Assembly (NCBI RefSeq): GCF_000981445.1
Contig: NC_027218.1
Location: forward strand, 2,542,001 to 2,606,000
Direction: 5' to 3'
DNA from: Babesia bigemina
Taxonomy: Eukaryota
Length of the DNA stretch: 64,000 nucleotides
This document shows positions 30,889-41,660 of the stretch, one piece after another (position 1 is the stretch's first letter; every line of letters starts with the position of its first letter). The notes under the pieces are model-generated. The model did no database searches. It was not told where the DNA came from and was given only the letters and a program-made list of their open reading frames with translations. Made by a program: the position numbers and the translations under genes.

Positions 30889-32037
30889 ATGCTAATGGGC
30901 GATGCAGAGAATCTAAGTCTGGTTCTGCCACAACGCCTGGATGCGGTGGGAGTTTGGGACGGGACGCAGGCCACTGTCTTCCAGCACCGTGGCCCCGTAT
31001 TCCACAAATTAGCAACGGCCAGGCGCAAAGGCGCTCTTGTGCTCACGACAGAGGAGACCGTATATGCCCTGCTGAGGACGAAATTCGCCCTATTCCATAA
31101 GGACACGCTGGAAAGGGTGACTGCGGAAGAGTTACTTCGAGGAATAGTTGCTTCTAGAGAATTCGAACGGCTCCTTAGGGTACACGTCTACCTCGCAGTT
31201 GTCGCACAGGGTACAGCGGTTGAAAGAATATCAAAGAATGCTGATATTGCCAGCCTAGACTGCTCAGCGCCATGCGTCCATGGTGACGAACAGCGACAAA
31301 ATCAAGCAGCAGCACATGCATCGCACCGTACAATTGATCCGTCATCGCACGGCGGAACAGCGCTCGACCCGGATGAGGCAATAACCGCCACCATTTCAAA
31401 CAATACTCGAGACGGTGGCGACGATAATGAACACAACGGTGGCAATTGCGCATCGCCATCTGACCCTGCTGCGTTACAGGCGGAACCCTTGACTGGCTCC
31501 TCTACCCGTTTGCCAAATCCGACAAATGGGAAGCCTTGGCCAGATATAGAGACACTGAATGACGCGTTGCAAAGAATAGAACTCGATGGCGCGAAATGCA
31601 TGCCGCACGAACTGTTGCAAAAGTTCAGGGATATATGCGGAACAATATACCCGGTGGAGCCTGTAACCATCGACGCCCCAATCTTCGCTATTGAGGGGGC
31701 ACCAGTCTACGCGGTTACCGCCGATACAATGTGCTCAAAACTGCTTGGGAGCAGCGCGACAGGCATCAAGTGCAACTACGGGCATTCCGACGACGGAGCT
31801 TGCCTCGATGCAACCAGCAATCACGGAACAAAAACCTTCAGCGAAACCGAGGCTGCTGAAAAGGGTATGGGCCAAATATCGCAGTGCAAAGCACGTCAGG
31901 CAGGTGTTCCAAACGGCAATGACAGCTGCACTATGGATGGTGCGGGCCCGGTAGGAGCCAATGGGAGATGCGTAGTGGCGGTGTCGAACTTCGACACCGT
32001 GTACTTCCTCGACGTAAAAAACAATATAACATATTAA
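30889..32037 (+). CDS. Probable tRNA-splicing endonuclease subunit Sen54-like protein
   Basis: N-terminal W......V....G.......G.LVLTTEETVY.L...V.VYL.....G..V.R pattern resembles the Sen54 N-terminal domain; the remainder is low complexity. Confidence 0.5.
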   Translation: MLMGDAENLSLVLPQRLDAVGVWDGTQATVFQHRGPVFHKLATARRKGALVLTTEETVYALLRTKFALFHKDTLERVTAEELLRGIVASREFERLLRVHVYLAVVAQGTAVERISKNADIASLDCSAPCVHGDEQRQNQAAAHASHRTIDPSSHGGTALDPDEAITATISNNTRDGGDDNEHNGGNCASPSDPAALQAEPLTGSSTRLPNPTNGKPWPDIETLNDALQRIELDGAKCMPHELLQKFRDICGTIYPVEPVTIDAPIFAIEGAPVYAVTADTMCSKLLGSSATGIKCNYGHSDDGACLDATSNHGTKTFSETEAAEKGMGQISQCKARQAGVPNGNDSCTMDGAGPVGANGRCVVAVSNFDTVYFLDVKNNITY

Positions 32038-32062
32038 AGTTATGTTGCGATCAGTTGTGACT

Positions 32063-32938
32063 TCATTGGCCAGGGGTCGGCGGGGTGCCCGAAGTGCCGG
32101 AACCATCGGAGTCGGACAGCCCAGGAAAGCCGGCGGTTTTACGGCGCAGCTTGCTCCCGTCGACCCTACCCTGCTTAGCGTCAATTTCCATGCTTACCAT
32201 CTCGTCCACCAGCTGCTTCGGCAACTTTCTAAACGCGACCTCGGTCCAAAGCCCGCTGTAGAAGCGGTGCTCGTGGTCGTTGGCGCCGAGTTGGGGGATG
32301 AGCGGAGCCATGCCCGACTGGTAGTCGGCAGCGCGGTTGAACTCCGACTCTTCTTCCGGCACTGAGGGATCGCGATAGAAAACTTTCTCCGTCATCGGCG
32401 GTTTACCTTTGAACTCGCCTCTGGTGGTCGTCGGGTGGCGCGCAACGCTGGCGCAAAGTTCGGCGACTTCACCCTCTTCGTCGATGGGGACTCCGAAGTA
32501 TTCCATAACGTGTGCAACCTTGTTAGACGCGTCTGATAGGTAGGGGATTATCCCTCCATCCCCCAGTCGCTGCGAAAGGGGTCGGCCGAAAACGGCCGAC
32601 AGCGCATGCCGCTGGATGCCCAAAGCGTGCTCCAACCCACCGGGTTCGCGCAATGCATCCAGGTCGCGACGACGTCCATAGAAGTACTGGTCGCGGCGAA
32701 TGCGCTTCATGCGATCGCAGTGACGGTTCTTGCCGTAGAGGGGCGCACGAAGGGCCGGCAACGCTCCTAAGATGGGGGTGCCAGACGCACCCCGGAACGC
32801 GTAGCCAATGGAGCACTGACTGACTAAAACAGCCACCCCTGCGATAACCCAACGCAGCACATATAAGAGCACCATGGGGACGGAGTGATGTGGTGCAGAG
32901 GGCGGCAACAACGGCCAATGACTCGAAGCGATGGACAC
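32063..32938 (-). CDS. Hypothetical protein with signal peptide and basic transit-like segment (possibly apicoplast-targeted)
   Basis: 291-codon ORF; hydrophobic MVLLYVLRWVIAGVAVLVSQCSIG (alternative ATG at 32875) followed by an Arg-rich, acid-poor stretch. Confidence 0.65.
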   Translation of the reverse strand: MSIASSHWPLLPPSAPHHSVPMVLLYVLRWVIAGVAVLVSQCSIGYAFRGASGTPILGALPALRAPLYGKNRHCDRMKRIRRDQYFYGRRRDLDALREPGGLEHALGIQRHALSAVFGRPLSQRLGDGGIIPYLSDASNKVAHVMEYFGVPIDEEGEVAELCASVARHPTTTRGEFKGKPPMTEKVFYRDPSVPEEESEFNRAADYQSGMAPLIPQLGANDHEHRFYSGLWTEVAFRKLPKQLVDEMVSMEIDAKQGRVDGSKLRRKTAGFPGLSDSDGSGTSGTPPTPGQ

Positions 32939-32965
32939 CGCTGGTCGCCGCAGAGTGCAACAAAC

Positions 32966-33559
32966 TCACACGTACTTAAAGTTTTTCACCTCCGCAAGCG
33001 ATTCTTGGAACGACGCAGTGGGCACCAGCTCATACTTAGCATCAACCACGTTCGCCTGCTGCACCCGCGACTTGCCCCGAAGGCCAATGTAGCGCAGCTC
33101 GATGGGCTCCTCCCCGGAGAAGTGCAAAGCCAGGTCTGAGACGTCCTTAAACTTGGTGAACGACAGCTTGTGCAAGAATGAGCCATGCGCGTCGGGCGGA
33201 AGGTCCAGCTCCTGGGTAGGAGTCACGTCCTCCACGTCGCTGAAGTCGAAGTGCTGCCTGTTGGCGTACAGGCGCACGTGCAGCACTTGAGTTGTGTCGT
33301 TAACCACCAAAAGTTGTGCGACGTCGCTGGGGTTGTAAAATCGGAGTGTGAAGAGCAGCTCGTTGTCGGAAGCCGGGTCGCTCCGCAAAGTCTCCTCGGA
33401 AAGACGGCTGTTGTACGGTTTGAAGACCAAGTTGCCGCTCTCGGGGCTCGCGTCGCTGTTGAATACCCTCACCCCGTCCAAGTCAATCTGGCTGCGCAAA
33501 CAGGCCGCACTGGTGCCAAGCTCATGTTCCGCCTTGCAGCCGCAACCAGAGAAATGCAT
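32966..33559 (-). CDS. PITH-domain protein
   Basis: L.SQIDLD.V...N, LRSD...D.ELL..L.F, L.AN....DFSD, KF.DV..L.L.F, LRYIGLRG motifs. Confidence 0.88.
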   Translation of the reverse strand: MHFSGCGCKAEHELGTSAACLRSQIDLDGVRVFNSDASPESGNLVFKPYNSRLSEETLRSDPASDNELLFTLRFYNPSDVAQLLVVNDTTQVLHVRLYANRQHFDFSDVEDVTPTQELDLPPDAHGSFLHKLSFTKFKDVSDLALHFSGEEPIELRYIGLRGKSRVQQANVVDAKYELVPTASFQESLAEVKNFKYV

Positions 33560-34334
33560 CTTCGCCTAAAAAGAACTCACATCCGCGCAGGAAGATGAGA
33601 CACCGCATCTGTTACAATGTTATAGTTCACCCGCGTCGATCCAGAGAACATGTGCAGACAATATCCCGCCGCAACGGCGTGAGCATCGAAGGGTGTGCCT
33701 TGCGGCAGCGAGACAGCCGCAGATCGGCCGGTGACTTGGTCAAGGAGCCAGCAATGTCAAATAAGTCGACAGTAGGGACGTAAAATAAGCCGAATGTGCC
33801 AGACAGCGCCGGAAGTTACCAGCAGCACGCGCAAGCACGGGCACGCCACCTCCGATGTTATGGTGTGACGGTGTAAGTACCGCGGTACAGATCCATTTAT
33901 ATTACTTGTGAAATCAACACATTTATACAATACTTTTGTACACCAATTGATGATTCAGCGCTCAGGGTAGCGCTGTGTGAGATATCACACTGGAATCACG
34001 AGGCAACCAACACAGTACCCTTTAGTGCACAAGGAGTGGAATTGGAGATCAAATGGGACATCGGAAAATCGTGTATGACCAAGCCGGATCATATTCTGAT
34101 GCGTGGAATCGCCCATAGCGCCGAGAACCGCAACAGCGCAACAACGTCATCACATGCTACACAGCAAATCCCGTGCTGAAAGAGGGCTGCGTGAGATGCG
34201 CCCTCTGCAGCCTATGTACAAGATGCTGATGTGTAGGTAAACCGAGGGCGGGAGACTTCGGTCGGTAGTGCTATCCCTCAACACCGCCAAAGCGCCAGCC
34301 GAGTAAAGGGATATCGCGCACAAGCCTTGGCGCC

Positions 34335-35984
34335 ATGGCGGGCCACCTAACGTGCAGTATAAAGGCGTTTGTGGCGTTCCTGTATGCCGTGTACTTCGTG
34401 TACCTCCTGACTCCCCTGATAACACGGTTGGCGCCATTCGACAGTGCTGGGATCACGCAGCTCATACGAAGTGGTCTCTGCACCAGCAGTTTCACGCAAG
34501 ATTGGGCTGGGAGCGTTTGGAGCTGTAAAGACACGAGAGGTGCGAGGGACGGTTTCGTACATGTAGAGGACGTTTCATTCTTCACGAATGGCGGGGCCGC
34601 CGGGGCGACGCTGGTGAGAACCACCAAAACAAAGGATGGCGTTACCGTGGATGAAATACCCAGCGTCACTCACGCCGCATACGAACTCCTCCGCATATGT
34701 CAGAAGGTTGAGCGGCCACTAAAGCGGCAGTCGGAGACACAAATGCATGGCCTCAACCTGCTCAAGGACGTATGCCCCTTTTTGGCGGCTCATATCGCTA
34801 GAAACATGCCGGACAAAACACTCGTCAGCGACACGGATGACACCTGGGAGCTTGTTCGCGTCTTGCTGTCAACGGTCGGCAATGTTAAGGGAGTGGCCGT
34901 GACTAAGTTCCTGTCGCGGTTGGAGGTGGCCCACGACAAGGAACACACATCGCCTAAACAAAGGGCCGGCGACCAACACATCATCAACATTATGCGTCCA
35001 GTCGTGACGTACTTGGCGGAAAATGCGGAGCACCGCCTTCCTGCGGAAAAGATAACCTCCAGTAAACTGATAAAAACACAGTCGCCACTCTCCCATGTGG
35101 CGCAGTACGCGATTCCGACGTTTTTGGCACCCGCCCTCGGAGGGGCGAAAGAAAGCGTCATTAGGCTGTTTACCACATTCCCGGAGGCAGCCGCCATGTT
35201 CATATTCGCAATACAGCGTAAACTAGCGAGTTACCCGCGCCTGGCGGCGGCGACCGTGGAGGACAGGTTGGTCCTGCTGGGGATATTTATTGCTAGTTTG
35301 CAAGTCATGACAACAACCACGTTTGACTCGCTTGACGCTTTCGCGAACATAGCTTCCAAAACGGGCGTGGACTGGACGAGCAGGGCCCCCCTCGACGAGT
35401 TTTGGGATCTCGTCGCTAAAGACAAGCGGTCGAGAGCCCTTGTGTTTAATATGCTCAGAAGAGCAGAAGCGTTAACGGTAGATCCGGAATTTTTCGGCGC
35501 GATGACCTACAACGTGGAGATTGCCGCCAGGGTCACGGATCATGTATTGGCCACCTATGGCTTGAAGGCCAACACACCACTCGAACGGTCAAGTCTGATC
35601 GAGAATGTAGTCTACCACATGGTACAGATGTGCAGGTTCTGCGTGGTCGACGCGGACAACACGGGCAACCTGTCACTGCAGGAATTCATCGGTACACTAA
35701 TGGGCGAGGAGGACGCGAAGGTCTTCAGAGAACACGTGAGCCAGGTGTCCGACCAACAATACAACTTGTTTGTTCGCTACAACTTTGATTTCATCAACGG
35801 ACGGGTTAAAATGGCCAAGTTGCACAACAGGAAAGCCCTAGAAGCAATCAACGAGAAGTACAACGAGGTACTAGACACCTTCATGGTCGTCGACACCGAC
35901 GCGTCGGGGGAGGTGTCCTTGGAAGAGTTTATCCAGCACGCGTATGTTACCACCCCGCTAACAGCACTCGACATGACCCGATGA
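34335..35984 (+). CDS. EF-hand calcium-binding protein with N-terminal signal/TM segment
   Basis: Canonical loops DADNTGNLSLQEF and DTDASGEVSLEEF; hydrophobic N-terminus. Confidence 0.8.
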   Translation: MAGHLTCSIKAFVAFLYAVYFVYLLTPLITRLAPFDSAGITQLIRSGLCTSSFTQDWAGSVWSCKDTRGARDGFVHVEDVSFFTNGGAAGATLVRTTKTKDGVTVDEIPSVTHAAYELLRICQKVERPLKRQSETQMHGLNLLKDVCPFLAAHIARNMPDKTLVSDTDDTWELVRVLLSTVGNVKGVAVTKFLSRLEVAHDKEHTSPKQRAGDQHIINIMRPVVTYLAENAEHRLPAEKITSSKLIKTQSPLSHVAQYAIPTFLAPALGGAKESVIRLFTTFPEAAAMFIFAIQRKLASYPRLAAATVEDRLVLLGIFIASLQVMTTTTFDSLDAFANIASKTGVDWTSRAPLDEFWDLVAKDKRSRALVFNMLRRAEALTVDPEFFGAMTYNVEIAARVTDHVLATYGLKANTPLERSSLIENVVYHMVQMCRFCVVDADNTGNLSLQEFIGTLMGEEDAKVFREHVSQVSDQQYNLFVRYNFDFINGRVKMAKLHNRKALEAINEKYNEVLDTFMVVDTDASGEVSLEEFIQHAYVTTPLTALDMTR

Positions 35985-36409
35985 TTGGCGCGAGAACACA
36001 CACTAGGGCATGGCCGCGGGGACGGTGCAGGCACGCCCCGCCGGCGAAAGTCGCGATGTACTCTAGAGAAAAGGGACACATGTCACATTATAGTAAGATA
36101 CATGTAACAACGAAGTGGTTCACGTCGATTTATACTGCCTAAAACTGTTGACGCGGGAGCGTAGCGGAGCCTTGCACATCGCGCCTACACATTCAATTGA
36201 GCTGCTGGCTCAACCAGCGATTACATAGCCTAAGAATCCGGATTCTACAAGCATATAAAAGCACAAAACATCCGCAACGTGGACAATGTCGGATGCTAGG
36301 CCACATCGTCCTAACGCGCCACGAGGATAATAGGAACTATAAAGGACGTGAATTACGCTGATGTCAATCTCCGAGGCAGCCCTAGTGGCTCACCTGGTCT
36401 TTTGACAGT

Positions 36410-36730
36410 ATGGTGGATTCATCTTCCGCTAATTTAGCCAGCGGCTCCAATGTGTCTTCAACCAGGTCCGCCAAGACACAGGGCAGCGTGAAGGCGCAAC
36501 GGCAGCAAGATAATTCAGATGAGCTGCAGTTCGTCAAGCAACATCAAGGGATCAATCGCACCAGAGTAAACACGACGGACGTAGACGTCATATTGGAAGA
36601 AAACGCCAAGCTGATACAGCAGCTGCGGCATCCTCATCTGACGAAGGATAGCTATCGTTACGTACAAACCTTCGCGCAGCTACAGCGCAATTTGGTATTT
36701 ATCGCAAGGCTGGCTGACCAGCCCAGGTAG
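36410..36730 (+). CDS. SSXT/SNH-domain (SS18/GIF-like) small protein
   Basis: V..ILEENAKLIQQ...LQRNLVFIARLADQ matches the SS18 N-terminal motif; an upstream exon is possible. Confidence 0.7.
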   Translation: MVDSSSANLASGSNVSSTRSAKTQGSVKAQRQQDNSDELQFVKQHQGINRTRVNTTDVDVILEENAKLIQQLRHPHLTKDSYRYVQTFAQLQRNLVFIARLADQPR

Positions 36731-37106
36731 CTCAGCCTGAGGTCAGAGACGTGTAGTGACCGGTGTTTGAATGCCAAACATCGATCCATGTATATAATTT
36801 CAATTTGTGTCAGAATCCTGTAACACGCAGGATGATAACAATTGAACTGCTGATTGTTAAGTTTACTACTTTAAAATGTGTAAAATCAGGGTAACAATTT
36901 GATGAGACGCATGCAGTTTTTGGCCAACCCTCGATCTAAGCGGGGGACAATGTGCCTATACGCATGCTTTGGACACCACCAGTTCTCCACATTTATGCTT
37001 TCTGCGCATCTGCCTATTTATGATTTGGGTGGAATGCGCCAAACCAGTCACCGGAAAGGTCGAAGCATTGACCAGTTGAAACAGCAGATTACGTACAAAA
37101 GTGGTA

Positions 37107-38970
37107 TCAGACTATAATATTAAGGGCGAGGTCTATGCGGCATTTCCCCGCAGGTTGCGATATAATATCAAGAGCTGATAATGCGTAGCACGTGTGGTAA
37201 AGGTCGACGGCCTTGTCGGGCTTGTCGCGGAAGCCGCCGGAGGGGCACTGCGAAATGCAGAGAATGTAGGCTCGCAACATCAAGAAGCTCAGGTTGAAGG
37301 GTTTGTCAGCGGAGTCATTCAACAACGCAAGCGTGCCGCCGATCCAGAACGCATAGCACACGTCAACTAGCTTGTGAGGTCGCCCTTGGAACCCCAGCTG
37401 GGGGGTTTGGCGCATATGGCACCACCGACGCAGCCGTGCAACATCTATGCAGTCCAATCGACCCAACAGCTTGAGTGCAGCAGTACCACAGTATACGTAA
37501 CCCGCGTGGGATTCCAAGAGCGGCTCGCCAGAAATGCCACCGTCGTACCCTTGGCATGCAGCGACGCGAGCCGCGACGCCCTCGGACAGTTCGTCGTCTA
37601 ATATGTCCGCCATTACAGCGGATGCGATGGCGCAATAAAGGCCGCGCACGTCGCGCTCGCCGCCACGGTGGACGGTGAAGCTGCCGTCGGACTGTTTCAT
37701 GGCGAACAGGAACGAGCGCAACTTCCCCGTGTCCAACAATGGAATCGCATTCAGCATCTTCAGGCAACATATTGCGGCGTAGGTAGTGGCCAAGTGGCCG
37801 ATCTGACCTCTCCCTCCGCCAAAGCCGCCGCCATTTTTATCCCAGCAGCCAAACAAACTGTTGATGGCACGTTCGCGGTACGGCGATATGTCAACCCCAA
37901 GTATACGCAGGCTGTGCAGCGACCAGTAAACAATCCACGGCTGCGCACAGTTGAGGTGCTCAAGTGGCACCGTGCGGGTAGGACCACATAGGGTAAGGTG
38001 CTTGGTTATATACCTAATGTGCACCTCACGCTGCAATGGCGAGCTTTCGCACGCCACAGTACCGATTCTTCGCAAAAACAAGGCACCGTGCTTCGTCGAA
38101 TCCAGGCGCACGGTTCCGTCGGTGATGCTGAAGTCGCTGAGGATGGACAATACCAGCCGCGCAGGGCGGTAACGCAACAGCGGTTCTACGGCGATGCTCA
38201 GGCATGGAGTGCCGTCGTAAGGTGGAGGCTCGGATACAACGTCGCCTTCAAGATGTTGCATTAAATAGCGAGCGAAAACAGATGAATACAACGCCATGCA
38301 ATCACGCTCTACGAGGAACTGCGCTTGGATAGATTCCGACATTTCAGCGCTCAAACGTCGGGCCTCCTGGGCGTCGCACCCCCGGCACACGTAGGTCATG
38401 TAACTCGCCAGTAGCTCGCCTCCATCCTTGCAAATAATCGTAGATTCGTCTGCAAAATAATAAGTTAGGCAGATGCAAACAAAGCAGAATGCAAAAGTAC
38501 TTTGTAAAAATAAACTAGATTGTATATACCATATGAATACGGTGTTGTTTGTGAATGCATTATTTCTACATTGTCACAAGCAATCGTACAAAATTATATT
38601 AGACATGCGCACCTACTGCCCATATGGGCAATATCGGTTCACTGGCGAGGCACCTTGTCAGAACCATAATACACAGCACCAATGTTGAAAGACGAGATAT
38701 ATCAAATCACATAACATCGGGGATATAGCGACTGTGGAGAGATGCATAATCCAGGTGCGGGCAGCAGTGCATTAAAAGCATCTTAGGATTAACTAACCTT
38801 CCGATAATACAATCGTGCCATCAGTAGACACCTAAGAGATGTGAAACTGGCCTAATGTAACCTACCTCACGTGAAGGGGCACCGATTGCGTCGATGCTGG
38901 CGCAGCAGGATTCCAGGCCAGACACAACGTCGCGGGCACGACGGATCATACGATCCTGGATAGAATCCAT
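37107..38970 (-). CDS. Protein farnesyltransferase beta subunit; 5' exons inferred
   Basis: QPWIVYWSLHSL, GGFGGG.GQIGHLATTYAA, ERDVRGLYCA, ESHAGYVYCG, GFQGRPHKLVDVCYAFW, DLYHTCYALS. Probable first exon MDSIQDRM...SRE|gtaggt from 38970. Confidence 0.9.
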
Positions 38971-39445
38971 CTTTAAATTCTCATCAAATCACATCTTCAT
39001 CCTTAATGGTCTACGTGAGAGGTCAGACAACAGCGTGGGCGCGGTGCGTCCCACTACGTCAGGTCACGTGGTCAATGATGACTTACACTGAATATCAGGC
39101 GTGATTGTCACACACCTGGCAGGTATACTGAGATATGGCACTAATGTGTAAACTAATAGTCGGTATGTGCGGCCGTTATCGCAGTGTAATTTGGTGATGA
39201 TAAGCGCTCATTCTGAATTCAGGCGGCAGGCCCTAAGGGGCACGTATGCGCATTACGCGCGGTGTTTGTCGTTTATCTACATACAGACTCTTGCATCAGT
39301 GACTATTCCGGATGGTGGTTGCCGATGTCGCAGCAAGGGCCTCGGCGCAAGAAGTAACTTGCCTGTGCACCTGCAAAAAATGCGCAACTCAGCGTGCCAC
39401 CGCCAGTTACACACAGAAAGGTACCGTACATACCATTAGTGATGC

Positions 39446-41659
39446 ATGGTTGACATGAACTATACCGATACAGCAAGCTTCAAAGCCCGCATGTGGCCGC
39501 CGCACCTATACCCGGCCATCAACCATGCAACCACAGTACGACAGCGATGCAGCCAAACAACTAAACGTTCTGCTTCGATAGCTCCCACGCGATGTAAGCA
39601 CCCAACAAATGCCGCAATGCGGCGAAAGTCGTTCGCTTGCTCTAAGGACGAACAGGTCCTGCGCCGCATCAACGACATAATCGGATTCGTAGACACCATG
39701 GACACGACCAAAAAAGATATAACCAGTGACGACAGGAGCACTTGTGATTCGCAAACTGGCATTTCAGACCAGGTGCCGGCGTCGAATCTCGTAAAATTGC
39801 TCTCCTCAAGGCTGCATGAGTTAAGCAAACTGAACCAGAGCAGACGGACAGCAAAATCGAGATTGGCGAACCCCGTTGATAATGGCATCAAGGCTACGGG
39901 GCATGTTGCAATGTCTGGTGTTGCCAGCAATACTGCGTTAAGTCATTGGGGTGCGGGTGGAAGCGCATTGGCTGGCGGAAAATGCCACGACGGGAACCAC
40001 CGTAGGGAGTATCACGGGGCAAATATGGCATGGCCCTACCGCGCTGCAACTTTGTACAAGCGACCCGTAATCAACATATCGTCCGCAAAAGCAGATGCGG
40101 CGATCTTAAAAGAGGCTGCAAAAAGACTGAGGTGGGACACATGTGAAGTTGGAGCAGGTGGCGACATATTCTGGTTCTCCACTTGCTTCACGGAGCGCAT
40201 GCTCAAAGATCAAAGCAAGGCGCTATTTGGAATAACCTATAAGAAGGTCATCGTCAACAGATTTGCAAACATACAGGCAGCAACGCGAAAGTCGTTGTTT
40301 GCATGCCTAACAGACATCTACGTCAGGTACACGGAAGACGACCCCTGTCTTTACAGTTTGGCAACATGCCCAAAGACATATCTCTTTCCCAAATGCAACA
40401 GAAAGGTCTTGAGTGAGATGCGGAGTGGCATCCCGATGATACTCAAGCCGTCCACGGGCTCTATGGGAAACGGTATCAAGGTCGTCACCTGCCCAGAGCG
40501 GATACCGCAGACCATAGCAAGGGGCGACAACTACATTTGCCAGGTATACATCGCGCGGCCGATGCTGCTAAATGGCAGGAAATTTGATTTTAGGCTATAC
40601 ATGGTTATCACTAACATAGGGGGAGGGTTTCACGCGCTGCTCTCCACGCTGGGACTCGCCCGCGTATGCATCCACCCGTACCAGCTGCCAGACAGCAACA
40701 ACTGCAATGATAAGTTCATGCACCTCACGAACTACTCGATTAACCGGCACCACGCGCGGTTCCAGAGAAGCGCCGACGTTGATGACAACGCGGGGCACAA
40801 GCGCACAATGAGGTCGGTGCTTGACACCCTCAGCACGACCCACGGCATCAATAGCAACGAAATATGGGCGAAAATGGTAACACTGAGCGAAGCGGCTGTG
40901 TCTATACTCTATCCAACTGTGCAAATAAATTCGGACCCCAGCGACGCCTACAGCTTCCAAATCATGGGCCTGGATGTGCTCCTCGACGAAGATGGTAAAA
41001 TGTGGCTTTTGGAGATTAACGCTAACCCGAGCCTACAGTACATGTACCACGAGAACGACACCGTAAAATACGATGTGGTGGATCAACACGTCAAAGTGTC
41101 GCTCGTGGAGGAGTGTCTAAAGCTGGCGCACAGGCTCCGCTGCGGAAGCACAAACAAAGAAGAGATGCAAGCATGGATCGAGCTTCGCGTGCGCATACCG
41201 CCGGAAATAGGCGATGTTACTGCACTGTTCGCGGAATACAAAAGCAAGTATAAGGAGGAAGACATACAGTGTGACGATTGGTTACGCTTCTGCAAAGATA
41301 ACGGTCTGGTCGCAGCCATGCAAGATTCCATTCAGAGCGAGCACGGAAACAAGGCGAGCAACGGCAAAATCGACCTGCAAGAGACAAAAAAGATCATGAA
41401 AAACATATTCCTGCGCACGCACACACGCCGAAGCTTGAACGGGTTTCCCGAGTTCCTCAGTCACATGGAAGCGATCGCGACGTTTATTTACAAGAAAATG
41501 AAATACAAAGATCCCGAGCAGCTGGTAGCGGAGGTCGAGACAGAAGTGCAATCAGCAGATTCGCAAAACCGTAGACGCGACCACCACAACATACGTCCAG
41601 CGGCTTGCCTCCGCAAACTAGTAGATCACATGCAATTCTATACCGACTTTAGAGTCTAG
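39446..41659 (+). CDS. Tubulin-tyrosine-ligase family protein (TTLL, polyglutamylase-like)
   Basis: ILKPSTGSMGNGI, ICQVYIARPMLLNGRKFDFRLY, HLTNYSIN, FQIMGLDVLLD, WLLEINANPS. True start codon uncertain. Confidence 0.9.
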   Translation: MVDMNYTDTASFKARMWPPHLYPAINHATTVRQRCSQTTKRSASIAPTRCKHPTNAAMRRKSFACSKDEQVLRRINDIIGFVDTMDTTKKDITSDDRSTCDSQTGISDQVPASNLVKLLSSRLHELSKLNQSRRTAKSRLANPVDNGIKATGHVAMSGVASNTALSHWGAGGSALAGGKCHDGNHRREYHGANMAWPYRAATLYKRPVINISSAKADAAILKEAAKRLRWDTCEVGAGGDIFWFSTCFTERMLKDQSKALFGITYKKVIVNRFANIQAATRKSLFACLTDIYVRYTEDDPCLYSLATCPKTYLFPKCNRKVLSEMRSGIPMILKPSTGSMGNGIKVVTCPERIPQTIARGDNYICQVYIARPMLLNGRKFDFRLYMVITNIGGGFHALLSTLGLARVCIHPYQLPDSNNCNDKFMHLTNYSINRHHARFQRSADVDDNAGHKRTMRSVLDTLSTTHGINSNEIWAKMVTLSEAAVSILYPTVQINSDPSDAYSFQIMGLDVLLDEDGKMWLLEINANPSLQYMYHENDTVKYDVVDQHVKVSLVEECLKLAHRLRCGSTNKEEMQAWIELRVRIPPEIGDVTALFAEYKSKYKEEDIQCDDWLRFCKDNGLVAAMQDSIQSEHGNKASNGKIDLQETKKIMKNIFLRTHTRRSLNGFPEFLSHMEAIATFIYKKMKYKDPEQLVAEVETEVQSADSQNRRRDHHNIRPAACLRKLVDHMQFYTDFRV

Positions 41660-41660
41660 G